A DNA stretch of 64,000 nt from Eledone cirrhosa. Its lineage: Eukaryota. The DNA is taken from contig OZ024743.1 in NCBI GenBank assembly GCA_964016885.1, positions 282,596,001-282,660,000 on the forward strand, written 5' to 3'. The notes beneath the pieces are model-generated. The model saw only the letters and a program-made list of their open reading frames with translations, had not been told where the DNA came from and made no database searches. Both the position numbers and the translations under genes were made by a program. Shown here in pieces: positions 42,401 through 56,509 of this stretch (position 1 is its first letter; each line of letters begins with the position of its first letter).

Positions 42401-42789
42401 GAAGGGCGATGTGATATGATTCTTTTTCTTCCTCTCACCATATTGCAGTTTTGGTGGTCTTATTCAAGCTAGTCACTAATCTGGTACTTTTTCAAAAACA
42501 GCCTTTACTTGCCTCGTCATATCTACATCACAGGGTTGTGATAGTTTTTTTGGAAGCTACAGGTGTCACCCATTACTCCCTTTCCCCTAGTAGTTTACCA
42601 CTGTTGGTCCAGGGTTGCTTATTCATCCGGCAGCTGCTGCTTATATCACAACTAACCATCATATCTGATGACCATATTGTTATCTGCCACCTGCAACCCA
42701 TTCTCTAGCAGAACAGCTTTGCTAGATTCATGCCATAAAAACTGGCAATGGGCCTGCAACCCGAGTCCCTTAAGAGGGTTCAGAAAGGA

Positions 42790-43090
42790 GCAAACCTTGA
42801 CAAGTGGAACCTGGAACTTCACAACCCTTATAGGTAAGGAGCAGGAATCAGTAGAGGAGGCTAGATGCTACTGCCTAGATATAGTTGGGGTTTCCTCAAC
42901 AAAATTCCGTGGCTCTGGTATGGTAGATTTGGATGGAGGATGAAAACTACTATTTAGGTGACACCAAAAGTGACTGCACATGTGGGAGTGGGGATACTCA
43001 CAAGCCCCTGATGATCAGAAAGTGTTATGGACTGGATTTAGTAGGGAGGATTTGCCTCTTGAAGCTTAGGCAGAAATATAGGTCCCTGTG
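42790..43090 (+). pseudogene. Degraded N-terminal APE endonuclease fragment of an Expander/Rex3-like RTE LINE
   Basis: TSGTWNFTTLIGKEQESVEEARCYCLDIVGVSSTKFRGSG matches the GTWNV..GKE.ELV.E...Y.LDIVG motif, followed by a stop. Confidence 0.7.
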
Positions 43091-43629
43091 TGTGTGTTTG
43101 CATGAAGAAGTTTTCAGAAGTATTGGTTTCATACTCTTCTAGAATGAAATTGTTGGATCTTCTTTCAATATTATATGATACTCTTAGGATTTGTCAATGT
43201 TCATATCTCAAATATTCTCAGCTTCTTTTCCTAAGCTGCTTTTAGGGTTCATATTTGACAGCCAAACAGGGATAATGTCCAGACAAAACTCTTGGTGTGA
43301 ATGTTCATACATCAACCTTTCCAAATATTCCAGTATTTGGCAGTGCTTGTCTGTGCTATTGCTAGCCTCCACCGTATTTATTTGTTGCATTTGTTTATAA
43401 TATTTAATTCTGGGCTAAAGTTATTAAAGAGGGGCTTATTCCATCTTAATATTTCCAATGTAGATGTCAGCTTCAATTGCAGTTTTGTATAGTTCCATAA
43501 CTTTGGTCTTTAGTTCTGAGGTTACTGGGTGTTCTTCCTCCAATATTGTCTGGAATTGCCAGCCTCAAGATCATTTCACAGTCAATGTTACATAGGTCTG
43601 GAGAAAAGATGCAGGTTTCATAGATTCCT

Positions 43630-45118
43630 TTTGCATTGCATACATATTTCTCCCTACCTGTTAGTTTGCCTGCTATTCCGCTACATCTCTTGTGTACCCA
43701 GGATCTGCATTGTGTGCATTTTATAGAATTTATGCCAGTTCCTTTTCTGCCTATCGAACATGGCCATTTACCTGACGGAATCAGAGTTTTGTCCTCTTTT
43801 CTACTCATCAACACTTTTGTCTTAGCTAGGTTCACTCTCAGTCCTCTTGCTTCCAACTGCTGTTTACATAGCCAGAATTTATTCTCTAGCTCGTCTACTG
43901 ATTCTGCTATAAGAACCAGATCATCAGCATAGAGAAGTTCCCATGGACAGCCAGTCTTAAACTCCTCTGTTACAGCTTGGAGGACGATAATGAACAAGAG
44001 CGGGCTGAGGACCGAACCCTGATGTACTCCTACTTGTATCTGGAATTCCTCACTAAACTCCATTCCTACCCTGACTTTACTGAGAGTACCTCTGTACAAA
44101 GTTTGCACTGTCCTCACAAGCCATTCCTCAATACCTAGTTTCCTTAGGGACCATCAGATGACAGATCGGGGTACCCTATCAAAGGCCTTCTCTAGGTCAA
44201 CAAAGGCTAAGTATAGTGGCTTATTTTTCTTTAAGAACCTCTCTTGCAATTGTCTCACCAAGAAGAGGGCATCTGTTGTACTCTTCCCAGGCACAAAACC
44301 AAACTGCATCTCATCTAGTTTGACCCTTTCTCTAATTAGTTGTGCTAAAATCCTTTCTGCCACTTTCATAACCTGATCTATCAGTTTTATACCCCTGTAA
44401 TTGCTCCTCTCCAGAGCAACCCCTTTACCTTTGTAGCAATTTATGAGAATACTGCTGCACCAGTCTTTGGGTATGACACCATCATATATAGCCTGATTGA
44501 TGATGTGTGCAACCAGTTTAGTGCCTACGTCCCCTGATGCCTTCATCATCTCAGCAACTATTCCCGATGGTCCAGCAGCCTTACCATTTTTCATTTCCTT
44601 AATTGCCTCTTAGACCCTATATTCGTCAATCTCAATAGCTGGTCCCTCTGTCTGATCTACTAAGGGTAATTTCTCTCTCTCCCATTCGTTCTCCACATTC
44701 ATCAGTCTCTCATAATGACATTTCCAGGCCTCCTTTTTCTGATCATTCGTGTCACTAAACACACCGGCATCATTCCGGACACATTTATCTCCAACAACAT
44801 CCTGATTTGAATTGACACACTGCCTTGCAATGTGGAACACCGAACGCCTCTGATCTTCTCGTCACAGAACATTGACAAACCTCCTACTCTCAGCCTCCCT
44901 GCGTGCTAAGTACACCTTACGTCTAGCTTCTCTCTTAGCGGCTGTATATTTTTCCCTACTCCCACCATTTTTCCAAGCCTTCCATGCTAGTCTTTTGTCT
45001 CTAATGGCCTTATCTACTGTGCTGCTCCACCACCAGGTCACTCTCCTTCTTCATTTCTTGAGCCATAACCGTGCCCACCATGTACCCCAGTGTAACCATC
45101 CTGGAGCTGTCCAACATA
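43630..45118 (-). mobile_element. Truncated RTE-clade LINE, a subfamily diverged from the 47-64 kb copies
   Basis: ORFs 44610..44840, 44154..44594 and 43473..44117 encode RT motifs (QFGF, AFVDLEKAFDRVP, GVHQGSVLSP, LYADD) with stops. An endonuclease piece GVHGGHGYGSRNEEG lies at 45045-45118. Confidence 0.95.
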
Positions 45119-45123
45119 TATTT

Positions 45124-45400
45124 CTGTCAATAACGTTGGTTATCTCCCTTTTTTATAAGGATTGTCAATAAAGTTGGTTATCTCCCTTACATCAATTTTG
45201 CTAACGATAATTTTGATATCGATTTTTTATTGCTCAACGTGGGTCGATTTGAAAAATATTTGTGATGTGACAATCTTAGCAACCTGTGCAACGTGCACAG
45301 AAAATTTGGTCAAATTCAGTTGGTAATTGTAAAAGCCTTATTTATGCAAAGTTGTACACAGACACACACACATCCTCGCTTTTATATATATATAAAGATA
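45124..45400 (-). mobile_element. Possible non-autonomous Helitron-like fragment
   Basis: Minus strand starts a|tctttatatatatataaaagcgaggatgtgtgtgtgtctgt. A 26-bp direct repeat tgtcaataa.gttggttatctccctt is present. No 3' CTAG/hairpin seen. Confidence 0.4.
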
Positions 45401-45519
45401 TATGATTTATTTTTTCTTTTGGTCGTTTTGGAAGCCTCAACAATGCAAATGGGTTATTCTCTGGGTAACAAGATCCGGTGGTGAAAAGAGAGATGTAGGT
45501 GAATGTAGAATGAGATGTA

Positions 45520-46400
45520 TAGTGTGTAGAATGTAGGAAAGAGTGTAAAAAAATAAAAATAATAACACGAGATAGAGTTACCTTGAGAGAGATTTAATTG
45601 TCCCTATCTTTCGGATTCACATCCATCAACTGGGGGGGTTTTCCGTGGGGGGTGGGGGTTATCTGTTGGAGAGGAGCGATACGTGTCCTCTGCAGTTTGT
45701 TGTTTTGAATAACTCGGGTAATCAGCAGAGCGCGCGGAATCAGTCCGGTCAAGCAAAGGTCGAAGGCCGAAATAGTTCTTTTAGATGTAGGAGTGGGGTG
45801 GCATTAGCTGTCAATCCATTGTATTATCTATTTATGCTGGTTTTTGCATTAGCAGTGTGGTATATTCGTATGGTGGAATGCTACTGTGCGTGTGTGCGTG
45901 TTGTTGTTGTCTCGCTTGTGTGTGTGTGTGTGTCTGTGCGTGTGTTGTTGCCTCGTTTGTCTGTATTAGCAGTGTACTATTTTCGTATGGTGGAATGCTA
46001 GTGTGTGTGTGTGTGCGTGTATTGTCTCCTTGTTTGTTTATACCAACCACCTCATTTCGCTTCTCTCGGATCGGTTATTTATTTGTGACCCTAGGTGTTT
46101 GATCCAAAGTGCTTCCTTGATTCGTAACGTGCCGACGTTGCGTTCTGTCGCTAGCACTGTGACAATGGGCCTTCCATCTTTGTTTCCGGAAAGATGAGGC
46201 CCTTGTGTTGATCTGCTCCTTGATCCGGATGTGTAGCGGCCAGATTGTGCTACCGATATAGTAGTGGTTGCACTTGTCACATTCTATCTGGTACACGAAG
46301 TATGTGCGTAAGCAACAGTTCATATGGGGCATCAGGCAGTTTCTGAGGGAACACGTGTCAGTCGATTTTCCGGGTTTCCTAGAGAGGCATCTTCACAGGG
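45520..46400 (-). mobile_element. Penelope-like element 3' fragment (GIY-YIG endonuclease plus downstream region)
   Basis: FVYQIECDKCNHYYIGSTIWPLHIRIKE, and a frameshifted LRIKEALWIK...INNRSE. Confidence 0.85.
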
Positions 46401-46423
46401 AGTGGCTCGAGTGGGCCAGGTAG

Positions 46424-47095
46424 ATGCAAATTGGGCTACTCAGCCGTTAATATGCATAAGGTAAGTATATACGTTCAACAATCCGGCAGGAAGGTATACG
46501 TTGCTGACGATAGCTAATAAGCTTGAAACTAGTACAGGGTTCCTTTGTCAGTGTTGAACAAACGAGCAACGATGTTTGCTGGACACTACGGCTTAATACG
46601 GGATGTTTGTTTATAATAATTATAATAAATGTTTGGTGAATCCATACGTACATATATATATGTGTGCATGTATGTATATATATATACATACTACTGTACG
46701 TCTGTATACATATATGTATGTGCGTGTACATACTTATATTTAAGTAACAGCCGTACTAAGAGTGGGAAATAAAATTTCGTTTCATTTTTTCCGTTTATCG
46801 TTTTCGGTGCACCTGGCCGATTAACCCACTCGATATGCAAATTGGGCTAATCAGCTGTTAATATGCATAAGGTAAGTATATACATTCAACAATCTAGCAG
46901 GAAGGTATACGTTGCTGACGATAGCTAACAAGCTTGAAACTAGTACAGCGTTCCTTTGTCAGTGTTGAACACACGAGCAACGATGGTTGCTGGACACTAC
47001 GGCTTAATACAGGATGTTTGTTAAAAACACACCGAGCATTATAATAAATGTTCGGTGAATCCATACGTACATATATATATGTGTGCATGTATGTA
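46424..47095. repeat. Unclassified tandem repeat, 411-bp period, about 1.6 copies
   Basis: atgcaaattgggcta...catgtatgtatatat starts at 46424 and at 46835. Confidence 0.9.
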
Positions 47096-47128
47096 TATAT
47101 AATATAATATAATATAATATATAATAAA

Positions 47129-47160
<32 letters not shown>

Positions 47161-47364
47161 TATATAATATAATATAATATATAATATATAATATTATATA
47201 ATATATAATATAAAATATAATGTATATAATATAATAGATAATATAATATATATATATATATATATAATATAATATATAATATAATATATATATATAATAT
47301 ATATATATAAATAATATAATATAATATATAATATAATATATATAATATAATATAATATAATATA

Positions 47365-48405
47365 TAGCTAGAGTCAGAACTGGTTGGAAAAAGTTCAGAG
47401 AGCTTATACCACTATTAGCTGCTAAAGGGTTCTCCCTAAAAATGAAAGGCAGGTTGTACAATGCCTGCATACGAACAGCAGTGTTGCATGCAGTGAGACC
47501 TGGGCATTGTGTGCAGAGGATATACGCAGACTAGAGAGGAATGAAGCTTGCATGCTCCGCCGGATGTGTAACAGTAATATACGTGAACGGCAAAGCATAA
47601 ACGAACTAAGGAAAAAATTAGAAATAAGAGGGATCAGATGTTGTTTACTCGAGAGAAGGCTACGTTGGTATGGACACGTGATGCGCATGAAAGTCGATAG
47701 CTGTATAACAAAGTGCAGGGCAATAAAGATAGACGGTAGCCACGGAGTGGGCAGACCTAGAAAAACCTGGGACGAGCTGACAAACTCCGACCTCACACAC
47801 TTACACCTCTCCAGGAGAATGTCACTGGACCGAGACCTTTGGCGGTACTCGGTGACAGAGAAGACCCGCCTTACCTAAATACATAGTAAAACCTACTACA
47901 GCTGGTGGGCATCTCTGACAAAATACCCCCCCGTCCCACCACCACCACCACCACCCCATCCACACCACCCCGTTCTATGTAAAGTTATGTTGGTGCCACA
48001 CCATCCAGGCCGAAACAAATGAGATCATGTAGGTGTCACGACAAAAAAACACACAGTCCACGCTGTAATGTGGCCTTGTAGGTAACACGGTAAAAACCTC
48101 CCAGTACACACTGTAAATGTGGTTGGTGTTGGGAAGGGCACCCAGCCGTAGAAAACCCACCAGACGTGTAGGTGTCACAACAATAAAACACACAGTCCAC
48201 GCTGTAATGTGGCCGTGTAGGCAACACGGTAAAAACCTCCCAGACCCACACTGTAAATGTGGTTGGTGTTAGGAAGGGCATCCAACTGTAGAAAACCTGC
48301 CAGACAGTCCTATGCGAGCAAGACAATCACTCTTGCCTCAAGTGGGACTACCCCCATCCAAACCCATGCAAGCGTGGAACACGGACGTTAAACGTTGATG
48401 ATGAT
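47365..48405 (+). mobile_element. RTE LINE 3' fragment with duplicated 3' UTR unit and (TGA)n tail
   Basis: ORF 47507..47878 (RRLRWYGHVMRM, GRPRKTW), with tail aaacgttgatgatgat. Confidence 0.95.
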
Positions 48406-49039
48406 ATAATATAATATATATATATAAATAATATAATATAATATAATATATATAATATAACATAATATAATATATAATATAATATATAATAAAATATATA
48501 TAATAAAATATATATAATATAATATATATATATATATAATATAATATATAATTGTTTCTACTTTAGGCACAAGGCCAGCAATTACCCAGTGCATTACGTA
48601 ATGATGAAAGGCAAATATAATATAATATATATATATATATATATATAATATAATATAATATAATATAATATATATAATATATATAATATATATATATAAT
48701 ATATATATATATATATAATATAATATACTATATATATAATATATATATATATATAATATAATATATATATATATATATAATATAATATACTATATATATA
48801 ATATATATATATATATAATATAATATAATATATAATATATATATATATAATATAATATATAATATATATATATATATAATATAATATATAATATATATAA
48901 TATAATATAATATATATAATATATATATATATATAATATAATATAATATAATATATAATATATATATATATAATATAATATATAATATATATAATATATA
49001 TATATATAATATAATATATAATATATATAATATAATATA

Positions 49040-49073
<34 letters not shown>

Positions 49074-49653
49074 ATATAATATATATATATATATAATATA
49101 ATATATATAATATAATATATATATATATATAATATAATATATATAATATAATATATATATATATATAATATAATATATATATATATATATATAATATAAT
49201 ATACATATATATATATAATATAATTGTTTCTACTTTTAGGCACAAGGCCAGCAATTACCCAGTGCATTACTGGTACTTTATATATAATATAATATACATA
49301 TATAATATAATATATATATATAATATAATATACATATATAATATAATATACATATATATAATATAATATACATATATATATATATAATATAATATATATA
49401 TATAATATAATATATATATATAATATAATATAATATAATATATATATATAATATAATATATATATATAATATAATATAATATATATATATAATATAATAT
49501 AATATATATATATAATATAATATAATATATATATAATATATATATATAATATAATATATATATATAATATAATATAATATATATATATAATATATAATAT
49601 AATATATAATATATATAACATATATAATATAATATACTATATATATATATAAT

Positions 49654-49838
49654 ATAATTGTTTCTACTTTAGGCACAAGGCCAGCAATTACCCAGTGCAT
49701 TACTGGTACTTTATTTTATCGACCCCGTAAGGATGAAAGGCAAAGTCAACCTCGGAGGGATTTGAACTCAGATCTTAAAGGGACGTAACTATGGTTGAAA
49801 GCATGGCATCCGACCCTTTACCGATACTGCCAATCCAA
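49654..49838 (-). mobile_element. Young SINE, with partial copies at 48549-48615, 49221-49280 and 58091-58196
   Basis: Shared end taattgtttctactttaggcacaaggccagcaattacccagtgcattac. Homologous to 32176-32350. Confidence 0.85.
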
Positions 49839-50210
49839 TATAATATACTATATATAATATAATATACTATATATATATATATAATATAATATACTATATA
49901 TATATATATAATATAATATACTATATATATATATATATAATATAATATACTATATATATATATATATAATATAATATACTATATATATATATATAATATA
50001 ATATACTATATATATATATATAATATAATATACTATATATATATATAATATAATATATATAATATATATATATATAATATATATATATATAATATACTAT
50101 ATATATATATATAATATAATATATATATATATATATAATATAATATGCTATATATATATATATATAATATACTATATATATATATATCTAATATAATATA
50201 CTATATATAT

Positions 50211-51537
50211 CATCATCAACGTTTAACGTCCGTGTTCCACGCTTGCATGGGTTTGGACGGGGGTTTTCCCACTTGAGGCAAGAGTGATTGTCTTGCTCGC
50301 ATAGGACTGTCTGGCAGGTTTTCTACAGTTGGATGCCCTTCCTAACACCAACCACATTTACAGTGTGGGTCTGGCAGGTTTTTACCGTGTTGCCTACACG
50401 GCCACATTACAGCGTGGACTGTGTGTTTTTTTGTCGTGACACCTACACGATCTCATTTGTTTCGGCCTGGATGGTGCGGCACCAACATAACTTTACATAG
50501 AAGGGGGCGGTGTGGATGGGGTGGGGGTGGTGGGACGGGGGTGTATTTTGTTAGAAATGCCTACTGACTGTAGTAGGTTTTACTATGTATTTAGGTAAGG
50601 CGGGTCTTCTCTATTACTGAGTACCGCCAAAGGTCTCGGTCCAGTGACATTGTCTTGGAGAGGTGTAAGTGTGTGAGGTCGGAGTTTATCAGCTCGTCCC
50701 AGGTTTTTCTGGGTCTGCCTATTCCGTGGCTACCATCTATCTTTATTGCCCTGCACTTTGGTATACAGCTATCGTCTTTCATGCGCATCACGTGTCCATA
50801 CCAACGTAGCCTTCTCTCGAGTAAACAACATCTGATCCCTCTTATTTCTAATTTTTTCCTTAGTTCGTTTATGCTTTGCCGTTCACGTATATTACTATTA
50901 CACATCCAGCGGAGCATGCAGGCTTCGTTCCTCTCTAGTCTGCGTATATCCTCTGCACACAATGCCCAGGTCTCACTGCCATGCAACATTGCTGTTCGTA
51001 TGCAGGCATCATACAACCTGCCTTTCATTTTTAGGGAGAACCCTTTAGCGGCTAATAGTGGTATAAGCTCTCTGAACTTTTTCCATCCAGTTCTGACTCT
51101 AGCTACTGTACTTTCAGAGCAGCCTCCCCCACTGCTGATTTTGTCACCCAGGTATATAATATACATATATATAATATATATATACATATATATATAATAT
51201 ATATATATATAATATACATATGCTCATAGCTGAATCAATGGCCGAGCTAGAGAAGAAATTCCAAACATGGAAGCACGGCCTAGAATCAAAAGGCCTTAAA
51301 ATTAACCTGGCTAAGACTAGTTCTAGTTTGTAGGAAAGAAAATAGGCACCCAGGTAACGGAAGCTGTCCACTATTTCTATAGAGCCCTCTGCGCAGTTGA
51401 AAGAGCTAGTATTTTGTGGGCACTTGCTGCTACTTATTGCACCAGAGCACCGGCCACATGTGAAATCTATGTTCTTAGTTAGCTGACCTGTGAACCCACT
51501 ACATCTTTTATGCACCCATACTTTGCATTTGGGACAC
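50211..51537 (-). mobile_element. RTE LINE 3' fragment interrupted at 51155-51346
   Basis: ORFs 50591..51187 and 51144..51515, with (cat)n tail at 50211. Confidence 0.95.
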
Positions 51538-52230
51538 TATATATATATATAATATAATATACTATATATATAATATACTATATATATATATATATAATAT
51601 AATATAATATAATATAATATATATATATATATATAATATAATATACTATATATATATATATATAATATAATATAATATACTATATATATATATATATAAT
51701 ATAATATAATATACTATATATATATATATAATATAATATAATATATATATATATATATAATATAATATATATATATATATATAATATAATATACTATATA
51801 TATATATATATAATATAATATAATATACTATATATATATATATAATATAATATAATATACTATATATATATATAATATAATATACTATATATATATATAA
51901 TATAATATACTATATATATATGTAATATAATATAATATACTATATATATATATAATATAATATAATATACTATATATATATATAATATAATATACTATAT
52001 ATATATATAATATAATATACTATGTATATATATAATATAATATAATATACTATATATATATATAATATAATATAATATACTATATATAATATAATATACT
52101 ATATATATATATAATATAATATACTATATATATATATAATATAATATACTATATATATATATAATATAATATACTATATATATATATATAATATAATATA
52201 CTATATATATATATAATATAATATATATAT

Positions 52231-54615
52231 AAGAATGCACCTCCCAACATAGACTGTTAATTAGCGACCTCATAGTCAGGATGAGACGTACTAGACAACA
52301 GAAGAGGACTATCCTCAGGAGAAAAATATGGAAGTTAAAGGATATTGTCGGGGAGAAGTGTGTACTTAATGATGATGGTGTACTTGCCATCGCTGACGCT
52401 GATAAGAAGGTAGCTTGGAAGTGTCACTACGAAAGGCTTCTAAATGAGGAGAAAGACAGTCTCCCCCACATCGACCCAATAGAGGGACCGGCAGTGTTAG
52501 TCGAAGGTAGTATAATAAGTAAGGCAATAAAGATATGAAGATGGGTAAGGCGGCTGGGCCTTCGGAAATAGTTGCTGAGATGCTGTAAGCCTCTGGAACG
52601 GTGGGACACACCATAGTCACCCGGATAGTAAACCAAGTCATACAGAATGGGGTTGTTCCGAAGGACTGGCGTAGCAGCATCATCATTAACTGTTACAAGG
52701 GTAAAGGAGATGCCCTAGATAGGAGTAACTATAGAGGCATTAAATTAATCGACCAGGTCATGAAGGTCACGGAAAAAGTTATAGCGCAGCTAATCAGAGA
52801 GAGAATTGATCTAGATGAAATGCAGTTCGGTTTTGTGTCAGGCAAAAGTACCACAGACGCTCTTTTCATTGTACGACAACTACAGGAGAAGTACCTAGCT
52901 AAAAGTAAACCCCTATACTTAGCTTTCGTCGACTTGGAGAAGGCCTTCGACAGAGTCCCCCGTTCCATTATCTGGTGGGCTCTTAGAAAACAAGGTGTTG
53001 ACGAATGGCTTGTGAGAGCTATACAAGACATGTATAAAGAAACAGTGAGCAAGGTTAGAATTAACAACGAATATAGTGAAGAGTTTAGTGTAAAAGATGG
53101 TGTACATCAGGGCTCTGTTCTTAGCCCCCTACTATTTATTATTGCCCTTCAGACTATAACAGTGGAGTTCAAGACCGGTTTCCCATGGAAACTCCTATAC
53201 GCAGATGATCTAACGCTCATGGCCTAGAATCAAAAGGACTTAAAATTAACCTGGCTAAGACTAAAGTTCTAGTTTGTAGGAAAGAAAACAAGGCGACGGT
53301 CCCTTCCGGGAAATGGCCATGCTCAGTGTGTAGGAAAGGCGTAGGTAGAAACTCCATTTTATGTCCCAAATGCAAAGTATGGGTGCATAAAAGATGTAGT
53401 GGGATCACAGGTAAGCTAACTAAGAACATAGATTTTACATGTGGCCAGTGTTCTGGTGCAATAAGTAGCAGCAAGTGCCCACAAAATACTAGCTCTTTCA
53501 ATTGCGCAGAGGGTTCTATAGATATAGTGGACAGCTTCCGTTACCTGGGCGATAAAATCAGCAGTGGGGGAGGGTGCTCTGAAAGTACTGTAGCTAGAGT
53601 CAGAACTGGTTGGAAAAAGTTCAGAGAGCTTATACCACTATTAGCTGCTAAAGGGTTCTCCCTAAAAATGAAAGGCAGGTTGTACGATGCCTGCATACGA
53701 ACAGCAATGCTGCATGGCAGTGAGACCTGGGCATTGTGTGCAGAGGATATACGCAGACTAGAGAGAACGAAGCTTGCATGCTCCGCTGGATGTGTAATAG
53801 TAACATACGTGAACGGCAAAGCATAAGCGAACTAAGGAAAAAATTAGAAATAAGAGGGATCAGATGTTGTTTACTCAAGAGTAGGCTACGTTGGTATGGA
53901 CACGTGATGCGCATGAAAGTCGATAGCTGTATAACAAAGTGCAGGGCAATAAAGATAGACGGTAGCTACGGAGTAGGCAGACCCAGAAAAACCTGGGACG
54001 AGCTGATAAACTCCGACCTCACACACTTACACCTCTCCAAGACAATGTCGCTGGACCGAGACCTTTGGCGGTACTCAGTAATAGAGAAGACCCGCCTTAC
54101 CTAAATACAAAGTAAAACCTACTACTACAGTCAGTAGGCATCTCTAACAAAATACACCCCTGTCCCACCACCCCTACTCCATCCACACCGCCCCTTTCAA
54201 TGTAAAGTTATGTTGGTGCCACAACATCCAGGCCGAAACAAATGAGATCGTGTAGGGGTCACGACAAAAAAAAAAAACACACAGTCCACGCTGTAATGTG
54301 GCCGTGTAGGCAACACGGTAAAAACCTGCCAGCCCCACACTGTAAATGTGGTTGGTGTTAGGAAGGGCATCCAGCTGTAGAAAACCCGCCAGATAGTCCA
54401 CACTGTAATGTGGCCGTGTAGACAACACGGTAAAAACCTCCCAGCCCCACACTGTAAATGTGGTTGGTGTTAGGAAGGGCATCCAGCTGTAGAAAACCCG
54501 CCAGACAGTCCTATGCGAGCAAGACAATCACTCTTGCCTCAAGTGGGAAAACCCCCGTCCAAACCTCTGCAAGCGTGGAGCACGGACGTTAAACGATGAT
54601 AATGATGATGATGAT
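52231..54615 (+). mobile_element. 5'-truncated RTE LINE with internal deletions, full 3' UTR and tail
   Basis: ORFs 52281..52538, 52601..53227 (RT, LYADD), 53326..53826 (Cys-rich) and 53736..54104, with (tga)n tail. Confidence 0.97.
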
Positions 54616-54630
54616 ATATATAATATAATA

Positions 54631-54672
<42 letters not shown>

Positions 54673-54678
54673 ATATAC

Positions 54679-54709
<31 letters not shown>

Positions 54710-54950
54710 CTATATATATATATATATAAAATATACTATATATAATATAATATACTATACTATATATAATATAATATACTATATATATATATAATATAAT
54801 ATACTATATATATATATATAATATAATATACTATATATATATATATAATATACTATATATATATATATAATATAATATACTATATATATATATATAATAT
54901 AATATACTATATATATATATAATATACTATATATATAATATAATATACTA

Positions 54951-54959
<9 letters not shown>

Positions 54960-54988
<29 letters not shown>

Positions 54989-55192
54989 AATTATTGTGTA
55001 CAGTGCTCAGGTGCACTACAACTCATGAATGGTGCATGTATAGTACATAGAATAATGTACAAATGTCAGGAAAATTAACAGTGTATGAGTCATGATATAA
55101 TAATAATAACAATAATGAAATATTGTGTACAGTGCCCAGGTGCACCACAACTCATCAAAAAAGTGCATGTACAGTACATAGGGCAATGCACA
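54960..55192 (-). mobile_element. Two tandem 3' ends of a non-RTE LINE-like element with (ATT)n tail
   Basis: (aat)n-gaaa(t)tattgtgtacagtgc.caggtgcac.acaactcat occurs twice. Clade assignment uncertain. Confidence 0.5.
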
Positions 55193-56509
55193 TAATATAA
55201 TATACTATATATATATATATATAATATAATATACTATATATATATATATATAATATAATATACTATATATATATAATATAATATACTATATATATATAAT
55301 ATACTATATATATATATATATAATATAATATACTATATATATATATATATATAATATAATATACTATATATATATATATATAATATAATATACTATATAT
55401 ATATATATATATAATATAATATACTATATATATATATATATATAATATAATATACTATATATATATATATATATAATATAATATACTATATATATATATA
55501 TATAATATAATATACTATATATATATATATAATATAATATACTATATATATATATATAATATAATATACTATATATATATATATAATATAATATACTATA
55601 TATATATATATAATATAATATACTATATATATATATATAATATAATATACTATATATATATATATAATATAATATACTATATATATATATATATATATAA
55701 TATAATATACTATATATATATATATATAATATAATATACTATATATATATATATAATATAATATACTATATATATATATATATAATATAATATACTATAT
55801 ATATATATATATAATATAATATACTATATATATATATATAATATAATATACTATATATATATATAATATACTATATATATATATATAATATAATATACTA
55901 TATATATATATATAATATAATATACTATATATATATATATATATATATAATATACTATATATATATATATAATATATATATATAATATAATATATATATA
56001 TAATATACTATATATATAATATATATATATAATATAATATACTATATATATATATAATATAATATAATATACTATATATATATATAATATAATATACTAT
56101 ATATATATATATATATATGATATACTATATATATATATAATATAATATACTATATATATATATAATATAATATACTATATATATATATATATATATAATA
56201 TAATATACTATATATATATATATATGATATACTATATATATATATAATATAATATACTATATATATATATAATATAATATACTATATATATATATGATAT
56301 ACTATATATATATATAATATAATATACTATATATATATATAACATAATATACTATATATATATATATATATATATAATATAATATACTATATATATATAT
56401 ATATGATATAATTGAAGACTAAAATCCAAAGAGGGCTCGATAAGGAAAATATATATCAAATATATAAGAACCGTATATACTATATATATATATATATATA
56501 TATATAATA

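Noticed and set aside
48728-49700. Y/I-rich ORFs up to 297 aa (also 47039, 62177-62589)
   Set aside because: Stop-free frames of AT satellite.
50655-51197. Antisense ORFs over RTE copies (also 47422, 53648, 61320, 61734)
   Set aside because: Shadow frames of the LINE ORF. Their recurrence reflects copy identity only.
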